IMG/VR virus record: IMGVR_UViG_3300047094_002559
Reading direction: 5' to 3' (one strand)
DNA: 62,297 nucleotides
Source of the DNA: an uncultured virus (IMG/VR IMGVR_UViG_3300047094_002559)
Taxonomy: Duplodnaviria > Heunggongvirae > Uroviricota > Caudoviricetes
Positions 37,555-46,563 of the stretch are shown one piece after another. Each line of letters starts with the position of its first letter. Within the stretch, counting starts at the first letter, position 1. Made by a program: the position numbers and the translations under genes. Below the pieces are notes generated by a model. The model ran no database searches, was not told the DNA's origin, and saw only the letters and a list, made by a program, of their open reading frames with translations.

Positions 37555-40125
37555 TCAGTTTTCCTGCGCCGAATACTGATCCGGTTTGAACTGCTGCAGC
37601 ATGCGCAGCAGATTTTCGCCAGCGCGGGTCGCGAGTTCCGCGAGTTCCTGCTCGAAGTCGATCAGGTCTTCCTTGCCGTAGATCTCCTCGAAGTCCGCCG
37701 GCCGGTAGCGCAGCAGAAACAGAGTGCGGAAGTAGCGGTCCACGCCGGCCTCGAAGTCCGGGATGTAGAGCTTGATCTGATCGACAATGCCGTGACTGGT
37801 GGTGGCCATCTGCGACACAGCGCCGTGGTCCAGGATGTGCGGCATACCATACTGACTCGACATCTGCGCCAGTTCCTCGGGCGAACTGTTCATGATCATG
37901 TCCATCGGCAGCAGCGACTCGGCGGTCTCAGAATTCCTACCGCGCGGTCCCTGATAGGTGTCGCCGTAGCGTGACTGCTGGTCCGGGCGTCGCGGTGTGT
38001 GCGTGGAGAGAATCTGCTGCTGAGGCGCGTCCAGCCGGACGTTCAGCTCGGGATCAAAGCTCTGCACCCACTGCTCCATGCCCTCCGGCCTGGTCAGGTA
38101 TGCCTGCTTGGTGACGGAGTCGAAGATGCGGTAGGTCACGTCGCCGTCGACAGCCTTGTTGAGAATCTTGCCTGCGACATCGGTGCGCAGCGAGAAGTCT
38201 TCCGCCAGTGCGAGATGCGCCTCCAGCCACCCGAGGTTGCGAGCCGCCTTGAGCAGCGTGCCGTCCTCGCGATGCTCCACGTCGAATGTGGGCCCGGCCT
38301 TCGGACGCACCGTCACCTCGTTGGCGGTCGTGATGCCGCCGGCCGTGCGCATCCACTGCTCGACGCCGGCTGACGACATCGGGAACCGTGTGCACTTGGG
38401 CTCGACCTTGCGGACTCCGTCGTCGTCGTCACGCTTCACGTCACAGTCCACTTCCAGGAAGAACGTCTCATCGCTGAGGTATCGACCGGACGTCTCACCG
38501 CGACCAGGCGCGTAGAACAGCTTGGTCTGGTCGCCGTAGCCGATGGAGATCGTGATCACGGAGCACTCACCGTCCTTCGCAATGTCGGCCACGTGAAATG
38601 GGCGCGAGATGCTGAGGTCCCGGGTGTCGAGCGCGACGTAGCACTTCCCGGTCGAAATGGCGTCGCCAGTCACTGCCTTGGCATTTGTGTCCTGGTCGAT
38701 CGTTTCATCGCCGAACACATCCTCGCCCGAGGGCAGCCTGAACAACTGCTTGTCGCTCGGGAAGTAGGCATACTCGATTTTGCTGGGCGAGCCGCTGCCG
38801 CCGCAGGGCGACGGTCCGCTGTTGTCGAAAAGCAGGTGGTCGCTCTCGCGCAGCAGGAGTGCTTCCTCCGTGTCACCATTTGCCATGAGCAGTTGCACCT
38901 TGCCCGGGGACGACAGTTCCTTGATGGTGCCGGCGCCGACTTCCTCGATGACGGTGTTGACGCTGTCGGCGAGCCGGTGGTCGACCAGGTCGTAGCCTTT
39001 GTCGAAGATGCGCTCGCGCTGGGCCGCGGATTTGGCCAGCTCCGGCGACAGGATGATGGAGATCGCAGGACGCGGGCCGGACGCCTCTTTGGCCAGCCAG
39101 CCGTTCACCGTCTCGAGATCCTCCTTCGTGTAATTGGATGCGACGGCCGCGGCGACGCCCGGACTGTTGCCGATGAATGCGGCGAGCTTCTCCAGTGCCT
39201 CGGGGCCGTGCGCGTCGATCACCAGCGGCAGCAGCTTGCGCATCGGCGCGTCGTCCGCGCTGTGCAGCATGAGCTCCCTCCAGATCGAACCGTCGGCCGC
39301 GGCCTTCTTGAAAGCTTCCGCGTGCGGCGCGTTCTCTTTCTTCTGCGTCGTAACGCGAAGAGCGTGGTGGCGCATCAAATCGCGCAGCTGTTCGCGAGTA
39401 AGTAGATTTTTCTCTTCGATGTGATCCAGCTTCAGGCCAGTGATGGCTTTGTCGGCCAATTCGTCCGACATGAGATGGCGGTTCTGCTTGCCGCTTGCGA
39501 TTGCTTCATGCACCTCGTCATCAGACTCGTAAATTTCCGCGTCAGCATGCGTCTCGACATCCTCCGCGCCGGGCTTCTTGCTCTGTTTGTCCCCAGCATA
39601 CTTCTCGGCGAGATACTCGCGCGTCTCAGCGTCCGCCTTCTCATTGATATCGGCTAATGTCAGACGATCAGCCGCATACTTGACGCGCTGCGGATAGGCC
39701 AGCCGGTCCATGTAGGCATCCGCCTGTCGATACCGGTTGCGGTCGACGGGCTCGCCGGCGCTCTCGTGATTGCCGCGCACCAGGTATGCGCACCAGTCCT
39801 CGGTGAGTGGGACGAAGCGTTTGACGTCCGTGCGGTAGAGCATGTCGGCCGCCTTGATCTCGCCGTTGACGAAAAACACCGGGGCGTAGAGCAGGTTGCT
39901 GTTCACCCGGAACGCGAAGATGCCGACCATCTTGGTCGCCTTCTCGTTGCGATGCACGATCTCGAAGCCGAGCCGGAACGGATCCTGGAACAGAATCTTG
40001 GCCTTGTTGGCGACGATTGCGTAGCTCTGGTCCATGAAGGACTTCTGGACAGCGCCGTAGTCGACGCCCTCCTGCGAGGCCGCCTGCTTCCACTGGTAGT
40101 TGGGGTCGATGATTTCGGTGGTCAT
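37555..40125 (-). CDS. Large putative head protein with KxA motifs
   Basis: 856 aa. WKQAAS, VKYAA, FKKAAA, EKLAA, AKEAS, AKSAA, LKAAR, TKQAY. Confidence 0.75.
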   Translation of the reverse strand: MTTEIIDPNYQWKQAASQEGVDYGAVQKSFMDQSYAIVANKAKILFQDPFRLGFEIVHRNEKATKMVGIFAFRVNSNLLYAPVFFVNGEIKAADMLYRTDVKRFVPLTEDWCAYLVRGNHESAGEPVDRNRYRQADAYMDRLAYPQRVKYAADRLTLADINEKADAETREYLAEKYAGDKQSKKPGAEDVETHADAEIYESDDEVHEAIASGKQNRHLMSDELADKAITGLKLDHIEEKNLLTREQLRDLMRHHALRVTTQKKENAPHAEAFKKAAADGSIWRELMLHSADDAPMRKLLPLVIDAHGPEALEKLAAFIGNSPGVAAAVASNYTKEDLETVNGWLAKEASGPRPAISIILSPELAKSAAQRERIFDKGYDLVDHRLADSVNTVIEEVGAGTIKELSSPGKVQLLMANGDTEEALLLRESDHLLFDNSGPSPCGGSGSPSKIEYAYFPSDKQLFRLPSGEDVFGDETIDQDTNAKAVTGDAISTGKCYVALDTRDLSISRPFHVADIAKDGECSVITISIGYGDQTKLFYAPGRGETSGRYLSDETFFLEVDCDVKRDDDDGVRKVEPKCTRFPMSSAGVEQWMRTAGGITTANEVTVRPKAGPTFDVEHREDGTLLKAARNLGWLEAHLALAEDFSLRTDVAGKILNKAVDGDVTYRIFDSVTKQAYLTRPEGMEQWVQSFDPELNVRLDAPQQQILSTHTPRRPDQQSRYGDTYQGPRGRNSETAESLLPMDMIMNSSPEELAQMSSQYGMPHILDHGAVSQMATTSHGIVDQIKLYIPDFEAGVDRYFRTLFLLRYRPADFEEIYGKEDLIDFEQELAELATRAGENLLRMLQQFKPDQYSAQEN

Positions 40126-40142
40126 GGTGTGTAATTGGCGGG

Positions 40143-40823
40143 TCAGAACAAATTGGTGCTCCCGGGGTGCTTCTCTCGATGCTTCCTTGCTGCCTCGATT
40201 ATTGCGTGCTGCTTGTCGGACATCTGAGCACCTCCGTTTCCTTGCTGTTCCTGCTGTTTGAATAATTTGCTTCTCAACTGCTCCAATCCGGTGACCCCGC
40301 CGACGCCAATCGCGCCCATACCGGCCAGATTACCAGCCTGTCCTGCGCGACCAAGCGCCGTCGGCAACGGTGTCATTTGCGTTCCGTGCAGCAGATGGGA
40401 ACCGCTTTCTATCATATCCCTAGGAGCGCGCAAAGCGCCGCGTCCAAAGTTGAGAAGCGCCTTGAGGATGTTGCTTCCTGCGCCTGCACTTTTACCCATT
40501 CGCCGATGCTCCATGCCGACGGTCGGCACCAGCGGATCCAGGTCCGCGTAATCCGAGATCGCGTTGCTTACGGCCGCGCCGCCAACACCGACCCCGCCGC
40601 CGATCAGCGCGCCGACCAGTGCGCGCAGCAGGACGGACTTCTGATCCTTGCCGCCCAGCGCAGAAGGCGCTCCAACAGCTGAAGCCGCACCCAACATCGC
40701 GCCTGGTATCGCGCCGGCCAGTCCACCCGCCGCGAGTTTTAGGTTTTTCCTTCGCTGCCTTACTTCGTCGTAGGAGCGTGCGGATGCTGATTTTTCGAGC
40801 AGTGCGAAAGGTGTCATGATCAT
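40143..40823 (-). CDS. Two-module glycine-zipper protein
   Basis: MTPFALLEKSASA leader; second module begins at MGKSAG. Confidence 0.7.
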   Translation of the reverse strand: MIMTPFALLEKSASARSYDEVRQRRKNLKLAAGGLAGAIPGAMLGAASAVGAPSALGGKDQKSVLLRALVGALIGGGVGVGGAAVSNAISDYADLDPLVPTVGMEHRRMGKSAGAGSNILKALLNFGRGALRAPRDMIESGSHLLHGTQMTPLPTALGRAGQAGNLAGMGAIGVGGVTGLEQLRSKLFKQQEQQGNGGAQMSDKQHAIIEAARKHREKHPGSTNLF

Positions 40824-40865
40824 GGATGGTAGTCGGTTTTGCGGCGAAGGGAAGGTTGACGTTGA

Positions 40866-41909
40866 TCAAATGTAGTGACGGTTCTCGTTCGCGTCATACT
40901 CGTAGTAGTTGGTGTCGCCGCCTTTTTTCCAACTGCGTGCGATCCCACTGAGGAACCCAGGCTGAAACCGGCGGCTGTTCTGTTGCTCCCACGTTCCGAT
41001 GGTGCCGGGCAGTTGTTTCTCGATTCGGTCAGCCAGCAGCGTTGGGTCCATCTTCAGCGCCATGCGCTCGAGTCCCGTCATCTTGTCCAGCCCCTGCTGT
41101 ATCTTGGCCTGGGCGCCGGCGTAGCCGCGCGTGCGGACGCTCTGCTCGTCGTAGGGCTTGTCGCGTAAAATGGAGTGCCCCAGCATTCCTGCTCCAATCG
41201 TTGGAAACAGCCACGGAAACACGTTGGAGAAAACCTTGCCGAAACTGCCGGACTTCAGCATCGCTTGCGGCAGCATCAGTCCGTGCATGCGCCGGTCCAC
41301 GCGGTCGTTGATCAGCGTGTCAGGATCCTCGAACAGCGACTGGATATACTTCAATTTGGACAGCGGCTTGTAGGGCTTGCTGGAGTATTGATCCGCCAGG
41401 TCCGCAGTCGCCGCGTCGTTCTGGCGAAGATACTGCCGCGCCAGTCCGGGGCGAGTGAGATAGTTAGAATCCATCTGCCCAAGGGACATCATGTCGGCCC
41501 CGGCCCCGCGCGCGCCGATGAGCACGTCCTCCTGCAACCTAGCCCGGTTTCCCGGGCGGTTCGCGCGATACGCGCTGATCAGGCTCGGCGCCGTCATCAG
41601 TGCCCCCAGCACTGGCATGGAGGCATTCATCGCAAGGTTCGATCCCGGCACGTCGTATCCGGCGAGTCCCGCCGCCATCCCGCCAAGGCCGTAGCCCATC
41701 AGCCCCTTGTTGAGCGTGGTCATCTTGTCCGTGACCGGGTCGTGAAACAGGCGCGACGCTTTCCCCCAGAAGCTGCCTGGTTGTGTCTTCGTCGCTACGC
41801 GCTTCCAGAGACCGTCGCGCACCAGACTGTGCAGGCCTCGCAGAATTGTTCCGCCGGAGGACGACTTGGTCATGTCAGCCTCGCTCGCGAGTTGGGCGAA
41901 AGCAGTCAT
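40866..41909 (-). CDS. Two-module membrane-helix protein
   Basis: MTAFAQL...TKSS leader; second module begins at MLKSGS. Hydrophobic helices in each module. Confidence 0.7.
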   Translation of the reverse strand: MTAFAQLASEADMTKSSSGGTILRGLHSLVRDGLWKRVATKTQPGSFWGKASRLFHDPVTDKMTTLNKGLMGYGLGGMAAGLAGYDVPGSNLAMNASMPVLGALMTAPSLISAYRANRPGNRARLQEDVLIGARGAGADMMSLGQMDSNYLTRPGLARQYLRQNDAATADLADQYSSKPYKPLSKLKYIQSLFEDPDTLINDRVDRRMHGLMLPQAMLKSGSFGKVFSNVFPWLFPTIGAGMLGHSILRDKPYDEQSVRTRGYAGAQAKIQQGLDKMTGLERMALKMDPTLLADRIEKQLPGTIGTWEQQNSRRFQPGFLSGIARSWKKGGDTNYYEYDANENRHYI

Positions 41910-41920
41910 ACCCGGATGGC

Positions 41921-43582
41921 TCAGATGGTCTGGCGCAGTCGGGCCAAGATGGATGCCTTGTTCTGCTCGAGCATCGCCTGCAGCGCTGCGGCCGACGGCT
42001 GCTCGCCCTGTCCCCTGAACACATTCAAGATCCTTCCCAGGATGCCGGGATCTTGCGGCGCGTTCTGCAGCGCTGCCTGAATGCCGTAGTCGACGCCGGT
42101 GTTGTAGCCTTTATCGAGACCTTCGGTCAGCCCGCTGTTGCGGCCCATGCGGTTGCTGCCGTAGAGCGCGACGCCGCCTGCGCCGGCGCCGAGTCCCAGT
42201 TTAACACCCGGCGAAAGGCCTTCCCTCTCTATCTTGTTCAGAATTTCACGAGCTTCCGGCGACGCCTTCGCAGTAGCAGTCCCTGGCAGCGCCTTCGTCA
42301 CAGGATTCGGAAGCATCGTCATCTTAATCTCGGGTCCTGCACGTCTCGTCGCGGCGCTTACGGCGGGTTGCCCACGTTTCGCAACTGCCGACCCCACCCG
42401 TTTCAACACCTCCAGCCCGCCTGCTTCCTTCTGCATGTCGAAGCACGCGAAGGGCGTCAGGCTGGCGCGCTTCGTTTGCCAGGGAGCATTCGCAGCCGCC
42501 AGCACGCTGCCGCCGCTACGCTGAGCATTTTGCATGTTCGTCCACTTGGCGACGTCCATTTTACTATTTGGATTATAAGCGTTCGCTTTGCCTTTGCCGT
42601 GATATTTGGCCCACATTGCAGGATCTGGAGCGCCACTAGGTGCTGGCGCAGCGCCCGGCCGGGCCGCTGTCGTTCCCGCCCACGCCGGTGCGGCTGCTGG
42701 GGGACTGCCCGCTCCAAGGGCCGCCATTGCCGGGGGTGCAGGTGTGTCACTCGGTCCGGCTGCCGGGGGCTGGTTCAGCTTACCTTGCCACTGCGGCTTA
42801 CCATACGTATCCGGAGTTCCGTAGGCCCACGACGGCTTGGCTCCGGAATCGCCTCCAAGCGGCGACGAACTCGGCGAAATCGGCGACGGCGAAAGCGGCG
42901 GTGAACCGCCTCCAAGAGTTATCAGCTGCGGCGAACTAGGTTCACTGGTTGCGCCACCCCCAGTTCCGGTCGGCTCATCGAAGCCGCCTGCACTGCCGCC
43001 GCTGGTCATAGGGGCGGCAGCAGGGGCGGCAGCTGGTGCCGCTTTTCCAGAGGTGGCATCGATGAGGCCTTTCCCCATATTCGCAGCCCCATCACCCAAT
43101 GCACCGACGGCCCCGGGAATCAGTCCAGCAGTGTGTCCAACTGCCCCGACTACGCCGCCAGCCGCTTGTAATCCCCCACCCACAGCCTGTCCCACGTTGC
43201 GACCGACAGCCTGCAGGCCATCCCTGCCGCCATTCCATGCACCATCCGCCGCGCCCTGCCCGACCGCTCCCCAGTCGATGTCACCAGGTTGTTGAAATTG
43301 CCGCTTCAGCGCGTTCGCGCCGCCCGATATCATACCGCCAGCAGCGCGAAAAGGAGTCGCTATCCCTTGAGCGGCGGCACCTAGAGCGCCTGACGCCGCA
43401 TTACCCACGCCTGATACGGTGTTACCGATCGCGTTACCGATCGGTTTGATATTGTTGTTCCAAAAATTGTCGAACGCCGGTCCCGCCTGTTTCACGAGCG
43501 GATTCAGATGTCGTGCGTGCCGTCTGCCGGCACTTTTTGGCATGAGTTCGAGCTTAGCAAACGGCGTGATGTAGCGATTCAT
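41921..43582 (-). CDS. Gly/Pro/Ala-rich multi-module protein
   Basis: ITPFAKL..PKSA, VKQAG, TKRAS-LTPFA..QKEAG. Start 43582 chosen from promoter spacing. Confidence 0.7.
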   Translation of the reverse strand: MNRYITPFAKLELMPKSAGRRHARHLNPLVKQAGPAFDNFWNNNIKPIGNAIGNTVSGVGNAASGALGAAAQGIATPFRAAGGMISGGANALKRQFQQPGDIDWGAVGQGAADGAWNGGRDGLQAVGRNVGQAVGGGLQAAGGVVGAVGHTAGLIPGAVGALGDGAANMGKGLIDATSGKAAPAAAPAAAPMTSGGSAGGFDEPTGTGGGATSEPSSPQLITLGGGSPPLSPSPISPSSSPLGGDSGAKPSWAYGTPDTYGKPQWQGKLNQPPAAGPSDTPAPPAMAALGAGSPPAAAPAWAGTTAARPGAAPAPSGAPDPAMWAKYHGKGKANAYNPNSKMDVAKWTNMQNAQRSGGSVLAAANAPWQTKRASLTPFACFDMQKEAGGLEVLKRVGSAVAKRGQPAVSAATRRAGPEIKMTMLPNPVTKALPGTATAKASPEAREILNKIEREGLSPGVKLGLGAGAGGVALYGSNRMGRNSGLTEGLDKGYNTGVDYGIQAALQNAPQDPGILGRILNVFRGQGEQPSAAALQAMLEQNKASILARLRQTI

Positions 43583-43589
43583 GCCGGGC

Positions 43590-43618
43590 ATTCTACGCGA
43601 AACCAAACACGCAGGCAA
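43590..43618 (-). promoter_or_regulatory. sigma70-like promoter TTGCCT-N17-TAGAAT, 7 nt before ATG
   Basis: Near-consensus -10 box, intergenic. Confidence 0.7.
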
Positions 43619-43630
43619 TATCAATTACGC

Positions 43631-45484
43631 TCAGAATTTGCCAGTCGTCTGCACGTGTTCGCCGAAGCCGCCCTTGCCTGCGTCTGCTCCGAACGCAAGT
43701 CTGGGCCCGAAGTGATAGTTCTCGGCCACGTTCGTCTCATCGCCGCGCTCCAGCGAGCCGCGCAGCTGACTGGACAGGTAAGACGTGCCCAGCGACGCGA
43801 GCCAGTCATCGGACGCGTGCGAGGCGACGCGCAGCCGCTGCATCTCCGGGCGGAACCACGGCTGTTGCGACGACACCGGCACCTTGGTCACGCCGGCGCT
43901 CTCCAGGTTCTTGGCCATGCTCGGCGTCAGCTTTGTGCCCACCGTGTAGTGCAGCGCCGGCGCCTGCAGAAATTTGCCGACCGCCTTCGCCGCCGGCATC
44001 TCCGCGGTGTCCTCCGGCGGACGATACTTGGCGAGGAACTCGCTCTCGTGCACCAGGTCGTCCGGCAGCCACGGCGAGTCCTCGTCGGGGTCCTCGATGA
44101 GATAGTTGTCCAACGCGGCGCGTGTGATCATCTCCACATTCCTGGCATCTGGACTCTGTCCGGAATCACGCAGCATTTGGGATAGGCGCGTCGCGTAATA
44201 CTTGCGCCCTTCGCCGAGCCCGCGCAGCCGGACGATGTCGGCAGGATTCACCAGCCCGTCAGACAGGGTGTCGCCGGCCTCCACGCGCTGTCCCACTTTC
44301 ACAGTCGGCTGAAATCCAGGCAGGGCAAAATGCTGCGTGCCGTTCACGTTGATAAACGTGCCGCCCTGCGGAGCGTCTTCGATCTTGTCCACGGTCCCCT
44401 CGTTCTCCGCAACGGTCGCGCGGTCTTTGAACTCCTCCGGGATCGACAGGAACTGCGTGATGTAGTTGAGGCCGGAGAATGACTTCCTTCCCTTGGCTAC
44501 GCCCGCTTCGTGTTTTACATTTAAGGCCCCCTGTACGATGGGCTCGTTGATTGCGGCGGAGGCGGTGACGACAGCAGACTCACCGATGGACGGGAACTGT
44601 CCGTCGGCTTTGACGCCGGCACACTTGGCGCACAGCCCGTGCGGCGCGCGGCAAGTCAGCGCGCTGCGCACCATGATCGGTTTCTTCTGCCGCCGCAGCT
44701 GCGCGAGCAGGTGCTTGTCGATGACAGTGCCGCCCGGGATGTCACCGACGCCGCGAGCCAGCACGCGTCCTGTCAGGTCGTCGTCGGTAGCCTCGGCGGC
44801 CAGTCCGTTCGTCACGCCGCAGTCCTGCGTGGTGATGTTAAAATCCAGACCTGCCTGTGTGGTAATCTTGAGCAGGTCGCCGCCCTTTGCGGTCGCTTTT
44901 TTCGTCGATACGACCGATGCGCGCGCGCCGTAGGTGCCGGCCAGCGTCTCCGCGGGCCGGACGCCGTCGCCGTAACTGCTGCGCACGAACAGCGGGATGA
45001 CGCGTCCTTTGGCGTCCTGGAACACACCCGGCGTGGAAAGGATTGCCTTGAGATTGCTGGCCTTGCCGCGCGCGCCGGAGGCCACGGCCAGCGCGAACGC
45101 GTTGCGACTCTTCATCGCCGCCGTCATTGTGTCCTTCTCGATCAGGTCAGAATAGCGGGTGAGGATCTCGCCGCGCTGCGCTTCGAAGTCCTCGGTCGGC
45201 AGCTTCTGCTTGCGCAGTCCAGCAAGCTCCGCGTCCATCTTGGCGTAGTAGGATGAGGTGTCGATGACCTGCCGCGTATCAGAGGGGCCGGTGGTGTAGC
45301 CCTGCCGCCAGCTCGCGCGACGTCCAAGGTCGCCCAGTTGTTTTACGATGCGCGGGAATTCATACGGGTGGTGCGCGGCGACCTCGGCCATGATCTCCGA
45401 CATGCCGCGCTTCCCCAGGTCGTAGGTGTCCTTCTGCATCTCCGGAGGTAGGATTCGTGAAACGGCGAAATCGACAGCGCGCAT
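43631..45484 (-). CDS. rpoC: Phage multi-subunit RNA polymerase beta' subunit, C-terminal half (split gene)
   Basis: 'SGARG'; bridge helix 'GARASVVSTKKATAKGGDL'; 'DCG'; Zn site 'RSALTC...GLCAKCAG'; trigger loop 'INEPIVQGALNVKH'; 'V..GQRVEAGD.LSDG..NP'. No NADFDGD. Confidence 0.9.
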   Translation of the reverse strand: MRAVDFAVSRILPPEMQKDTYDLGKRGMSEIMAEVAAHHPYEFPRIVKQLGDLGRRASWRQGYTTGPSDTRQVIDTSSYYAKMDAELAGLRKQKLPTEDFEAQRGEILTRYSDLIEKDTMTAAMKSRNAFALAVASGARGKASNLKAILSTPGVFQDAKGRVIPLFVRSSYGDGVRPAETLAGTYGARASVVSTKKATAKGGDLLKITTQAGLDFNITTQDCGVTNGLAAEATDDDLTGRVLARGVGDIPGGTVIDKHLLAQLRRQKKPIMVRSALTCRAPHGLCAKCAGVKADGQFPSIGESAVVTASAAINEPIVQGALNVKHEAGVAKGRKSFSGLNYITQFLSIPEEFKDRATVAENEGTVDKIEDAPQGGTFINVNGTQHFALPGFQPTVKVGQRVEAGDTLSDGLVNPADIVRLRGLGEGRKYYATRLSQMLRDSGQSPDARNVEMITRAALDNYLIEDPDEDSPWLPDDLVHESEFLAKYRPPEDTAEMPAAKAVGKFLQAPALHYTVGTKLTPSMAKNLESAGVTKVPVSSQQPWFRPEMQRLRVASHASDDWLASLGTSYLSSQLRGSLERGDETNVAENYHFGPRLAFGADAGKGGFGEHVQTTGKF

Positions 45485-45490
45485 CCCGGA

Positions 45491-45519
45491 ACGATACCCG
45501 CGAATGTCGCAAGCGGCAA
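45491..45519 (-). promoter_or_regulatory. sigma70-like promoter TTGCCG-N17-TATCGT, 6 nt before the RNAP ATG
   Basis: Lies in the divergent intergenic region. Confidence 0.65.
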
Positions 45520-45555
45520 GCTCAGAACGCTATTCAATCAATTGAACGAAAAACC

Positions 45556-45584
45556 TTGCTGGGCGGTATTGCATCTGACAAGCT
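45556..45584 (+). promoter_or_regulatory. Candidate promoter TTGCTG-N17-CAAGCT for the MarR-like gene
   Basis: 17-nt spacer; 13 nt before ATG. Confidence 0.35.
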
Positions 45585-45597
45585 GCTCCGTCGAAAC

Positions 45598-46008
45598 ATG
45601 AAAACCATCACCGCCATCCTGCGTAAGATCACAGCCTGCAAACTCATCAAAATGCCGCAGTTGATGTTGCTGCTCATGGCCAGCAAGGACAAGACTGGCT
45701 GGAACGTGGCAGACATCGCTGACGCCACCGGAGCCAAGCCGTCCGTGATCACGATGGCCAAGAACAAGCTGATCCGCGACGCGCTGATCATCGAGCATGT
45801 TCCGCATCGAGACCGGCGAAGAACGAAAGTCTACCTCACAGACGCTGGGCGATATTCGACCAGATTCATGTGGAAGGCTCTGCGCGACCTGGTCGACGCC
45901 GAAGAGATCATTCGACCCGCACTCGGCGGGCTACGGCGCAATCTGCGCGACCTGCAATCTACGCTGCCCAAAGCCTGTTGCGTTCTTAGAAATCCTCCCC
46001 GTCAATGA
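45598..46008 (+). CDS. MarR-like winged-helix regulator
   Basis: 'VADIADATG...SVITMAKNKL...LI.....DRRRTKVYLTDAG' is the MarR signature. The only convincing plus-strand gene. Confidence 0.8.
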   Translation: MKTITAILRKITACKLIKMPQLMLLLMASKDKTGWNVADIADATGAKPSVITMAKNKLIRDALIIEHVPHRDRRRTKVYLTDAGRYSTRFMWKALRDLVDAEEIIRPALGGLRRNLRDLQSTLPKACCVLRNPPRQ

Positions 46009-46267
46009 CCGAGAGAAAGTAAGGAGACGCAGGAGCGCCGGCGAAGTTCAACCGCATCGTGCCTGAGATGCAGCGCAATTCCTGAATCACCACGCCATTG
46101 GTGATCGTCCCGCTGAAGCCTGGATGCTCGCGCCAAGTCGTGTCGCCCGCGTGTTTGAATTCCAGCTTCGGAATATCGGCCACGTTCGTCAGCACGATGG
46201 TCATGAGATGACCCTGCTCCAGGTAGGTGAGGTTGATCTGCTGCAGCTGGCCGGTGTATTGCATCAT
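45986..46267 (-). CDS. Small beta-rich hypothetical protein
   Basis: Has its own promoter; overlaps the MarR-like gene 3' end convergently. Confidence 0.6.
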   Translation of the reverse strand: MMQYTGQLQQINLTYLEQGHLMTIVLTNVADIPKLEFKHAGDTTWREHPGFSGTITNGVVIQELRCISGTMRLNFAGAPASPYFLSVIDGEDF

Positions 46268-46276
46268 GGCTTTGAA

Positions 46277-46305
46277 AGTGTAGGGACAACCGGTAAAATA
46301 TGCAA
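46277..46305 (-). promoter_or_regulatory. sigma70-like promoter TTGCAT-N17-TACACT, 9 nt before ATG
   Basis: Intergenic. Confidence 0.65.
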
Positions 46306-46313
46306 CCGCAGAT

Positions 46314-46562
46314 TCACCGACCCTCCGAGCCCAGGCTGTGCTGCACCTCGAGTTCGTCGTGTCGTTGGACGCGCGCGGCGCCCAGGCCGTGAGCGTGACA
46401 ATAGGCGGTGAAAACCGGGTCGCCCGGAATCATGGCGCGGATGAGGTTGCGATGATCGGTGAACACGACCATCGCGAGACGACCGTCACCGTCCAGAACC
46501 TCGACTGCTGCCGTCGCGGGCACAGCCTGCGACGTCCCGTCCCGGTTGCGGATGCGCACCAT
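46314..46562 (-). CDS. Hypothetical protein (MVRIRNRDG...)
   Basis: Start trimmed to ATG 46562, 1 nt after the upstream stop. Confidence 0.6.
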   Translation of the reverse strand: MVRIRNRDGTSQAVPATAAVEVLDGDGRLAMVVFTDHRNLIRAMIPGDPVFTAYCHAHGLGAARVQRHDELEVQHSLGSEGR

Positions 46563-46563
46563 G

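Noticed and set aside
34998..37589. Long plus-strand ORFs (also 10447-12441, 24382-25641, 47660-49972)
   Set aside because: Antisense shadows of GC-rich minus-strand genes; no motifs and abnormal composition.
43631..45484. Host rpoC or pseudogene
   Set aside because: No rpoB or ribosomal-protein context, motifs strongly diverged, clean ORF with own promoter among phage genes.
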